64,000 nucleotides of DNA from Yuukianura sp. NJ FZ-2021. Its lineage: Eukaryota. The notes under the pieces were generated by a model. It made no database searches. It was not told the origin of the DNA and saw only the letters and a list, made by a program, of their open reading frames with translations. Both the position numbers and the translations under genes were made by a program. The stretch's first letter is position 1. Each line of letters begins with the position of its first letter. Of this stretch, positions 26,901-35,100 are shown piece after piece. The stretch lies in assembly GCA_046563655.1 (NCBI GenBank), contig CM102286.1:8246001-8310000 (forward strand), written 5' to 3'.

Positions 26901-27498
26901 TCCATCTTTATTGAATTTAGGAAGAGAGATTCCGTTGCCAATTGATAGAAGACTGCAAGGAGATGCGTCTCAAGGTCATTCAAAAGATGTGGATTTATCA
27001 ATGGTTCCAGAGCAGTTACAAGAAATTATTCAATTTGTGCGGAAAAATATAGCACAGGCTCAGGAGCATAACAAAAAGTACTATGATCAAAGACACATTG
27101 AGCCAAAGTTCAAGGTTGGAGACTTAGTGCTAATTAAAAGTCATAAATTGTCTAATAAAAGTAAAGGAGTCATGCAAAAATTGACTTTACGGTATGTTGG
27201 ACCGTATCAGATAAGTGAGGTATTAACTCCAGTTACATTTCAGTTGGTGACATTGCCAGACAAGGAGAAGTTTGGTAAGCGACACGTCGCAGAGTTAAAA
27301 CCGTACACTGTCAGAAGATCGCAATTTCGCGTTCCAGTTGTATCTGCTGTGTCAGAGGATTCGTCTGACTCTGAGGAAGACACTCTGCCGGTGAGGAGAT
27401 CAACTCGCGTGAAGCAGCGTGTTAACTACAGGACTCTCGCTGGATACAGGAGCAAGAAGAAGCAGTCCGTTCCAGCTCAAAGTAGTGCCAATACTTAA
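23995..27498 (+). CDS. pol: Gypsy B Pol (PR-RT-RH-IN, 1167 aa)
   Basis: Protease FDTG; RT (LCVDY, MPFGL, YMDD); RNase H (CDAS, EKEL, TDN); integrase (VDF, SDN, VER) and GPY motif. Uninterrupted. Confidence 0.98.
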   Translation: MEGNDVSSIIHPTLIQISDESIPFVSVTAYESRFLAIFDTGCSQSLIVKSLCKKLNSVVVPLENKTTTTMNNEELRLSGYAFVYIKIGGRTVRFKFYVADTLPVPCVLGSDFIAQNDIVLRLRSKEFWFGGEESHKFKLAFAAGTTGSAYFAIALPESKQDDEIKEKVHQVLSQFPTVVRDDGKLGRTDWTHHIIEDEGYPPARNPYKKSPAIQAVINQQIDQLLKEGIVRHSRSPYAAPVVMVPKKDGSLRLCVDYTCLNQQTKTNATPMESAHSILHSIPSDHWYTVVDLDRGYWQVLLHPDSVEKSAFVTQDGHYEFLVMPFGLKNSPKTCQQLIRKVIRGYSNFAKGYMDDIIIFSKTVEEHMVHLSKILTRLKLAGLTLTRKKLQLCQREIDVLGHKLSANGLKKCPQKVQAIVDFPTPRNVKEVQRFHGMAQWYASFIEHFAEKAEPMYRLLRKSQPWVWGVEQQKSFEAIKEAMCNDVMLHAVDYNHPILLKCDASMLGLGAALTQVINGVERPVMFISKTLRKSELRYHIYEKELFAIIWAYRKLREYIEGQQFTIITDNKALSFLHKMKERKAKLGAWDVEIKSWGVPIKHRAGKENVEADALSRAPVPVQDDDLDFDDDSPEYMYAPTAVALLSFDAPSFQKMQEEQEKDDALKKIIQDVKSGKKVEKYAMRNGLLKRKVKGFDSKSNEESCGELIEEQCAEKRPHSSDITQKDVIRTAQQARNQEETQEKELWVTVVPKLLVPEILKIFHDVPEAAHLGIRATKMKIKRRFYWDHMNKDIHDYVRSSPWCQAVKSANHKPFGLLHAAAPSSQVFEKIFVDFLGPLPRSKNGNQYLFVVEDDLSKWVELFPMRKATAQKVVKVLVDEIFCRYGTVKTIISDNASQFLSKVMEKMTKEWNINHVPISPYHAQANSVERVNRNLKPMLQAYVGSNHKSWDEHLQKFALAMRTSVHETTKVTPSLLNLGREIPLPIDRRLQGDASQGHSKDVDLSMVPEQLQEIIQFVRKNIAQAQEHNKKYYDQRHIEPKFKVGDLVLIKSHKLSNKSKGVMQKLTLRYVGPYQISEVLTPVTFQLVTLPDKEKFGKRHVAELKPYTVRRSQFRVPVVSAVSEDSSDSEEDTLPVRRSTRVKQRVNYRTLAGYRSKKKQSVPAQSSANT

Positions 27499-27548
27499 TT
27501 TACTGTGTCCTAAAAAGTCAAATTGTTGACTACAATCTCCATTTCATC

Positions 27549-29297
27549 ATGTCAGGACGGTTAGTGGAATTGTCCAGTGCGAAGAAGAATTCGTTGGATT
27601 TTTGGCAAAGAAGACGTGACTGTTTAAGGAAGTATGGTAAAGCCAAGGAGAGGCCACAGGATATTCACTCATTGTACTTGAACGATGCCAAAGTACGAAA
27701 CACGTTGCGTGTTTTTCCTTACTCTGTTCATCCACTCAAGTGTGACGTTGATACTTGGCAGTTAGACAAGTATTTGTCTGAAAAAACTCAAAGTGTCAAA
27801 GTGTACAGTGATACTCGGAAGGATACTCCACTCGTCATAGTGGATACGGACAGTCAGTTCCGTAAGATGGTAAAGGAAATTAGGAAACATAAGGTAATTG
27901 CGATTGATCTTGAAATGAGTCTTGAAAGTGCCTATTTAGACAGATTTATCTGTCTCCTCCAGTTGTCAGTACGAGGTACTGATTATCTTATTGATCCGTT
28001 TGCCATGGTACTTCAATGTCAACTTTTGAAAGAATTCTTCCAGGACTCAAGTTATTTGAAGCTGTTCCATGGTGGGATGAACGATTTACTGGCCCTTCAA
28101 CTGCACTTACAAATCTTCATGGTTGGCGTCGTCGATGTGCAAATTGTACATAGTGTGTTCCGACATAGCCAACAAGTTGGCTTTGAGACTGTGGTTGCAG
28201 ACTATTTGGGCTCAGAGGTCATGGTAACCAAGGATTGTCAATTGGCTGATTGGTCAATTCGTCCCATAAGTCACATGCATAAATCCATGCTGGAATATGC
28301 ACGTAGTGACTCACATTTGCTGTTAAAAGTTTGGGTTGCCATGCGAAGTTTACACGGGTTGGATACCTGTTGTACCCAATGGAAGGAAGTGCTCCGTAGG
28401 TGCAACCAAATGTGCCTAAAAATGTATATAATTCGTCAGAAACCTACTCCCAATGAGTTGTGTTTTAAGTTGGGTGTGGCTGCGGTCAACTCATCATTGT
28501 TACGCCAAGTTTTTGAGTGGCGAGAACAAGTGTCGCGTGAACGTGACATGCAACCAGTCGATTTCTTACAAGACACTATTTGTCTTCAATTGGCTAAGTT
28601 TAAGCCTTGTACAGAGTATGAAGTCAACACGTTGACTGGACATAAGGAAATTTGGTTTAATCATCTAAATCAACTGATTGATCTTTTCAGTTCGAGTAAA
28701 CCCATGGTTGGACTAGGAGTTGGAGCGTCAACTTCTAATCAGTCTTCTGTTCGCCAGTGGTCTTCTGCAGATGTGGATTGGGAAGTCCCCATAATGGATC
28801 CGAAGTTGCTCGGAAGCAGTCGAAGCTGCACTGTCACGTCCGGAAGTTTGACTGCAAAGAAGACAGGCACAGCGCGAGAAGTGGAATTGGTAGACATTTC
28901 GGAAGAGGAATTGGACGATGTCATGGATGTGGACCCAGTCGAGGCTCAAGATGACGTTTTGGTCTTGTCTGTTTCTCAAAAGGAGCTGGATTCGTTATCT
29001 CCTCCGATGGCAGTTGACTCAGACCCGGTTCGTGTTGTCACTCTCATCCAGAAACAGAAGCCTCAGCCTGTCAGAAAAGAAAAAGATCCACGCTGTAAGC
29101 AGTGTGGAAACCCGAATCACCACGAAGACGATTGCTGGTTCAAGGAGTTGCCAATGGAGTGGCGAAGCATATCTTCCAAAACGCCCGGAGGCGTAGAAAC
29201 TACTTCGGGAACGTGGCAAATCATGCCAAAGGAGCTGCACTCCGGAAGAAAGTGGATCAGCGTCGGAAGGGGAAGATGGTCGATGCGGCCGCTTTAG
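27549..29297 (+). CDS. Gypsy B ORF3: Rrp6/EXOSC10 (RNase D family) DEDDy 3'-5' exonuclease + HRDC + CCHC knuckle
   Basis: ExoI IAIDLE; ICLLQLS…DYLID; ExoII KLFHGGMND; QLADWSIRP; ExoIII MLEYARSDSHLLL. HRDC-like VFEWREQVSRERD…LQLAKFKP; knuckle CKQCGNPNHHEDDC. No introns; lies between pol and the PPT. Confidence 0.92.
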   Translation: MSGRLVELSSAKKNSLDFWQRRRDCLRKYGKAKERPQDIHSLYLNDAKVRNTLRVFPYSVHPLKCDVDTWQLDKYLSEKTQSVKVYSDTRKDTPLVIVDTDSQFRKMVKEIRKHKVIAIDLEMSLESAYLDRFICLLQLSVRGTDYLIDPFAMVLQCQLLKEFFQDSSYLKLFHGGMNDLLALQLHLQIFMVGVVDVQIVHSVFRHSQQVGFETVVADYLGSEVMVTKDCQLADWSIRPISHMHKSMLEYARSDSHLLLKVWVAMRSLHGLDTCCTQWKEVLRRCNQMCLKMYIIRQKPTPNELCFKLGVAAVNSSLLRQVFEWREQVSRERDMQPVDFLQDTICLQLAKFKPCTEYEVNTLTGHKEIWFNHLNQLIDLFSSSKPMVGLGVGASTSNQSSVRQWSSADVDWEVPIMDPKLLGSSRSCTVTSGSLTAKKTGTAREVELVDISEEELDDVMDVDPVEAQDDVLVLSVSQKELDSLSPPMAVDSDPVRVVTLIQKQKPQPVRKEKDPRCKQCGNPNHHEDDCWFKELPMEWRSISSKTPGGVETTSGTWQIMPKELHSGRKWISVGRGRWSMRPL

Positions 29298-29352
29298 CAG
29301 CTCGTCGTCAAGAGATTGCTCGCCGTACTGCTGTTCGTCGGAGCAACTCTTT

Positions 29353-29363
29353 GGAGGGGAAGG
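29353..29363 (+). promoter_or_regulatory. Polypurine tract of Gypsy B
   Basis: GGAGGGGAAGG immediately before the 3' LTR. Confidence 0.85.
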
Positions 29364-29803
29364 TGAAGCAGCCGCTCCCTTAGTTCAGGGTCATCCCCAG
29401 GTCAGGTCAGGGTGTGTCCCATAGTTAGTGTATATAGTATTCGTATTTAGTATTTTGTTTCGGGTGAGACGAGTTGCGAGCTCGGAGGGAGATTCGAGCA
29501 GAGGCATGTTTTGTGTGAGTTTAGTGTTAGTATAGAGCTTAGAGCTCAGTCTGGTTTTCGGTTTCGCTCAGAGAGCATATTAGAGTTATGTGTGCGCTGC
29601 TACGAGCAGTATATTTTGTATATATTCTTTATTGATCAGCTCAATAAATATATGTTTTATATTTATCTTCGCTGATCTTGTCGTCCGAGTTCCAGGGAGT
29701 TATTGTGTCGTTTGCTGGGCATGAGTCTGCGGACTCAGAGAGGAGTCTGATTTGGTGGTGGCCGTGGCCATTTTAGTGTTTCCGTAGCGCTGAGGGCGTT
29801 ACA
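29364..29803 (+). repeat. 3' LTR of Gypsy B
   Basis: Direct repeat of 21894-22333, followed by TSD GCAG. Confidence 0.98.
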
Positions 29804-29807
29804 GCAG

Positions 29808-31409
29808 GAAGATCAAGGAAAAGGTCCAAGCTTTGTGCGATGCGGGAATTGTGGAAGAATCAATTTCCCCGTGGGCCGCGCCTGTTGTGCTAGTCCCAAA
29901 GAAGGATGGCTCATCAAGGTTGTGCATTGACTTCCGGAAGATTAACGCAATTACGAAGAAGAATGCGTACCCGTTACCGAGAATGGAAGACGCTCTAGAC
30001 CGCCTTGGTGGCGCTAGGTACTTCACTGTACTCGATTTGGTATCTGGGTTTTACCAAATCGAAGTGGATGAAAAAGACCAAGAGAAAACGGCCTTTGTGA
30101 CGCCGGACGGTCTGTACCAATTTAGACGTCTACCCATGGGACTCTGTAACACTCCTTCTAGTTTTCAATACCTAATGGACGTTGTGCTATCAAACCTTAA
30201 GTGGGAGAGCACCTTAGTGTATTTGGATGACGTAATTGTGTGGGGAAAGACATTTGAGGAACATCAGTTGCGCCTCAGGACAGTGTTAAGTCGTTTTCGT
30301 GACGCTAACTTGACATTGAAAATTTCTAAGTGTAAATTTGGATTGACAAAAATTTTGTATCTTGGACATGTCATTTCCAGTGAGGGAGTCGAGGTAGATC
30401 AGGATAATTGTCTGCAGTGACTAAGTTTCCTGTACCTAAAACTCCAACACACATTCGTTCTTTTGTGAACATGTGTGGGTACTACCGAAGATTCATAAAA
30501 GGTTTTGGGAAAATTGCTGCTCCATTGAATTTTCTTTTAAGAAAAGATCAAGACTTTGTGTGGGGAGCTGAGCAAAATGAAGCCTTTGAGAAGTTGAAAC
30601 TAGCCTTAGTGACTAGCCCAATTTTGGCATTCCCTATGGAAGGAATTCCATTTGAGATCCATTGTGATGGAAGTGGCTTTGGACTTGGAGCAAGCTTAGT
30701 GCAAATCCAGGAAGGTCAACCACGAGTCATTGCCTATGCCAGCAGAGCAATGACGGACATTGAAAAGAGGTACACTTCCAGCGAGTTGGAATGGTTGGCT
30801 GTCGTGTACGCTGTACAGAAGTTCCGACCCTATGTGTACGGTACTCATTTTACCGTAGTGACAGACCACAGTGCGTTAAAGTGGCTCTTCTCTGTGAAGG
30901 ACCCCAATGGTCGTCTTGCGAGATGGTCCTTTGTGTTGCAGGCACAGGACATGACCATCGTACACAGGGCTGGAAAGGTCGCGAATGACGTTGACCCCTT
31001 GTCAAGGTTTCCAGTAGATCCACCAGAGGCAATGCATTCCTCTGAATGCTTAGTGCTGGACGGAGTGGACTGGAAAGAGAGTCAAGCTCAAGACCCATGG
31101 ATAAGGAAGGTCATTGACTCCATTGAGCAAGCTGAGTGCGCCTCTGGATCAGGCAAGAAAAATCCATCCATAAGACATATGGAGGATTACACATTGAAAG
31201 ACGGAATTTTGTATTCCGCTAATTTAGAGCCTGAAGGTCGCTCTTGGAGGCTAGTAGTGCCTAAAGGACTGAGAAAGCGAGTTCTCGAGACGGTACACGC
31301 AGGTGACCTAAGTGGACATTTTGGCGTGACGAGAACATGGAGCTGTGTGAAATCCCGCTTTTTCTGGAAGGGAATGTATCGTGACGTGCGTAGATTTGTT
31401 CTAGGATGC
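29808..31409 (+). pseudogene. pol: Gypsy A pol, RT-RNase H-integrase Zn-finger segment
   Basis: RT (LCIDFR, LPMGL, YLDD); 1-bp frameshift near 30405; RNase H (HCDGS, VTDH); HHCC start VHAGDLSGHFG…GC, which is cut by the BEL insertion. Confidence 0.95.
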
Positions 31410-31990
31410 TGTTGAGAATTACTCAGCATATCCCAAATGGGAATAGAAATAATTTTAATATCAATTTGAAATGGGTTTAGGTTTAACGGAAATTGAAAGT
31501 AGAATTAAGTTTTAACTTAGAAGTTAATTTGACCTCAGAAGAGAGGAGAAGAGAATTTAATGTAAGATGAGATGAGAAGTGTTCAAAGGGTTAATTTAAT
31601 CCACTTGTGTGGAATCAAAGGGAAAGGGTTAGCATCTACTATTAATGTGAAAATACTATTAGTGTACTACTGACATGCGCATTAGAGTTGGGATAGTATG
31701 TGTATGTAAAAGTCAACACTCTCTCAATCTTTTCTCAAGTTAAAATCAACGCTTTTCTCTCCCTCTTTTTTACACACACAAAAAGTACAAGAAAAGAAGA
31801 GAGTCTCCTACTAGCCTTTGCAGAGGCAGCAACTAACACATAGATTCTCACCTGTCACTTCTCGTTTTAGTCACTTTTCAATTAGAAATTTTAGAGAGTA
31901 ATGTTAGTTTTCAAGTTCTATTATTAAATAAATCAATCAATACGAAATCGTTCAGTGTTCAGAATCTGGCATTCCATCCAACAATCTTCA
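31410..31990 (+). repeat. 5' LTR of BEL/Pao element
   Basis: Direct repeat of 45772-46352 with 2 mismatches seen. Confidence 0.97.
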
Positions 31991-32001
31991 TGGTGCCGAA
32001 A
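31991..32001 (+). promoter_or_regulatory. Primer-binding site of BEL element, tRNA-Phe-like
   Basis: TGGTGCCGAAA directly after the LTR is complementary to the 3' end of eukaryotic tRNA-Phe. Confidence 0.7.
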
Positions 32002-32163
32002 GACGGTTACAGTGAGTCATAATCAATTCGACTGCCTGTTACACAAAGGATGACGAACCGATTTGGACATTGAACTGTAAGTGATTTGAACTTGAGTGCC
32101 TATAGTACCGTCACCACGGCGTCAGGAACGAGGTCACGAGTCAAGGCAGCAAGTATATCCAAC

Positions 32164-35100
32164 ATGGCGGACAAGAGCGATGATACTGGGACACCTAAGG
32201 CTGTTGCAGGAGTTGGAGCAGCAGGGACCAGCATTAGCGTAGTTCCGTCCACGGAAACCGAAACAATGAAGAAACTGGGAAGGTCACTCAAAGGATTTGG
32301 TCTTGACCTCCAGTATTTCCACATGAAAATAGAGGAACTTTCGACTTCCTCAACTGCAGTCACAGGGGCTGTCATTGCCATCGAACGTAAGAAACTTGAG
32401 AACTTTGAGTCTAAGTTGGGTTTGATTAGGCATGAAATTTACATGAATTGCGAAGACGACGACGAACTTCGTAAACAGGCAAAGGAAATTAACATTTGTG
32501 ACAAGTTCATTGAGAGAATTAGCACAAGGCTAATTTCCATTGAGTCAAAGGCTGGAGTCTGCACCACAGGGGGACAGAGCCAAACCAGTCAGATGAAGGT
32601 GAACATGCCCAAGTTGGAGTTACCTACATTCAACGGAAAATACGAGGAATGGTTAAGTTATAGGGACTTAATGCTAACCTACGTTGTGAATAATGCTTCT
32701 CTTTCAGGAAGCCAGAAATTAGGTTATCTACAACCAACCCTAAAGGGAGAGGCAGAGGAAACATTGAAGTACTTTGACCTCAGCAATGGATCCTTCGAGG
32801 AGGCTTGGGAGACGCTGAAGGAGCGTTACGAGAACCCTCGTCAAATTACATTTGCATTTTTGCAGAAAATGTTTAATTTCAAACCAATTGCGCAGGAGAC
32901 TCCTCAGTCTTTGCGTAAATTATTGGATGTCTTTAACATGTCCATTAGACAATTGCAGGTTCTGAAGGAGCCCGTGGATCAATGGGATTCCATACTAATT
33001 TTTTTGATTTTAGAAAAACTTTCGCCAGAGACGAAAAAAGAATGGACAAAGAATTTCAAAGGGACGAGCATGCCCGCATTTTCGGAGGTCAAGGACTTCC
33101 TGGAGGATTATTTAAGATCACTCACTGTCACTTCTGGTGATAAGCCGCGTGCTGACAGTCAGAAGGCGATTGACAAAAATAAGGAAAGGAAGGTTCACAC
33201 AGGGTCAAGCAGTCACCCGAAACCATGTCCTAAGTGTTCTGGAGAGCATGGATTGTTCAAATGTCCAGAATTTGGAGCCATGCCTCAGGATCAAAGGGAA
33301 AAATACGTAAGAACTAACAAACTTTGTTTGAACTGTTTAAGGCCTGCGCACACTGCAGAAAATTGTCGTGCTCCTTTCACTTGCGGAAAGTGTAAGAAGA
33401 AGCACAATACACTACTCCATCGTGAGAAACAACCACCAAGGTCAGAAAGTCAACAGGGAACTTCCACTGCAGCCAATCATTCCGCAGGCGCACGGGTTGT
33501 TTTAGCCACAGCCATTGTCAATGTGCAAAATTCCCTTGGAGATCTTCAAAGTTGTCGAGTGCTACTCGACCAAGGTTCGGAATCTAATTTCATTTCAGAA
33601 CGATGTGTCAAATTTTTAGGTTTGAATCGTCGTGGAACTGACGTCAGAATCACAGGGATTTCTGGAGCCATGGTGCAGAGGGCACTTGGAGAAACGTCAT
33701 TCCAAATTGAGTCAATGGCAAAAAATTACAAGTTCACTGTAAATGCTTTGATTTTACCCAAAGTAACAGGTACATTGCCATCATTTCAAATTAATCCGAG
33801 TGATTGGACATTTTTGGACGAATTGGAGTTGGCCGATCCGGAATTCTACAAACCAAATGATATTGACATTCTGATTGGAGGAGAATTCGTGGCTCGTCTC
33901 AAAACTGGTAAAAAGGTTCAAGGAGACCTTAATCATCCAGTAGCAGAAGAAACAGAACTCGGTTGGGTAATTTCCGGTCCAGTCAAACCAAGCCGTGTGG
34001 TGAGTGTGAACCACGCTTTAGTGGAAACTAATCAGATTTTGCAGAAATTTTGGGAATTGGAGAATGTCCCACACCACCAGCCACTGACAGTAGAGGAGAA
34101 AGCCGCCGAGGCACATTTTGTAACCACTCACTCCAGAAATGACGACGGAAGGTATGTTGTCAAGTTGCCATTTAAACCAAATTGTCAAAATTTAGGTTCA
34201 TCCAGAGACATAGCCCTGCGACGGCTATACGGAATTGAACGAAGATTGGAAAAGCATCCAGAACATAAGGTCGAGTACCGTAAGTTCATGAACAATTACG
34301 TCGAACTTGGTCACATGGTCCAGGTTCCCAAGTTGGGGGCAGGTGAGGTGATGGGAGTAACCAATTATCTTCCACATCACTTTGTGCTCAAGGACACCAG
34401 CTCCACTACGAAATTGAGAGTCGTGTTTGATGGCTCTGCAGAAACGAGCAATGGAATTTCGCTCAACAAATGTCTAATGGTTGGTCCAACCGTACAAAAG
34501 GACATATTTTCCCATTTGCTCAATTTCAGGTCAAAGGCCATTGCTCTAAAGGCGGACATAGTCAAAATGTATCGTCAGTTTCTGGTTCACCCATTGGATC
34601 AAGATAAACAACGGATTCTCTGGAGAGACAGTCCGAAAGATGAAATCGAAGAATTTAAATTGACTACAGTCACCTACGGCACAAGTTCAGCGCCATTCCA
34701 TGCTGTCAGATGCTTAAATCAACTTGCCAATGATGAGCGACTTAAATTCCCAAGAGCAGCAGAGGTAATCAAAAATGATTTCTATGTTGACGATTTACTG
34801 ACAGCACTAGATACATCAACGGAGGCCAGTCAGATAATTGCTGACTTGACCAGTCTTCTGAGCCTTGGACGCTTAGAAATTTCAAAATTCGATTCTAATT
34901 CGAAAGAGGCGCTTAAAGATGTTCCTGAGGACAGGAGAGGCAAAAATGATCAATTCAGTGACCTTGATGTGGACAGGGTCTTAGGAGTATGCTGGGATTC
35001 AAATCTTGATGAATTCCACTTCCTTGGATTCACATCTCAGCCCATTGGAATTTTAACCAAGAGAATCATTTTGTCTAACATTTCTCGTGTCTTTGATCCT

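Larger units (their letters stand above)
21894..29803 (+). mobile_element. Gypsy/Ty3 LTR retrotransposon B (7910 bp; gag, pol and exonuclease ORF3) nested in Gypsy A pol
   Basis: Two 440-bp LTRs (TGAAG…TTACA), TSD GCAG (21890-21893 and 29804-29807), PBS and PPT. Removing it restores Gypsy A pol in frame: RASFVER|RKIKEKVQALCDAGIVEES. Confidence 0.98.

Noticed and set aside
27549..29297. ORF3 as an env gene or as the host Rrp6 locus
   Set aside because: No signal peptide, furin site or transmembrane helix; it is intronless and enclosed by paired LTRs with a TSD.
30400..30412. Programmed frameshift between RT and RNase H of Gypsy A
   Set aside because: Best explained by loss of one A (GAT AAA TTG), either a mutation or a sequencing error; there is no slippery site.
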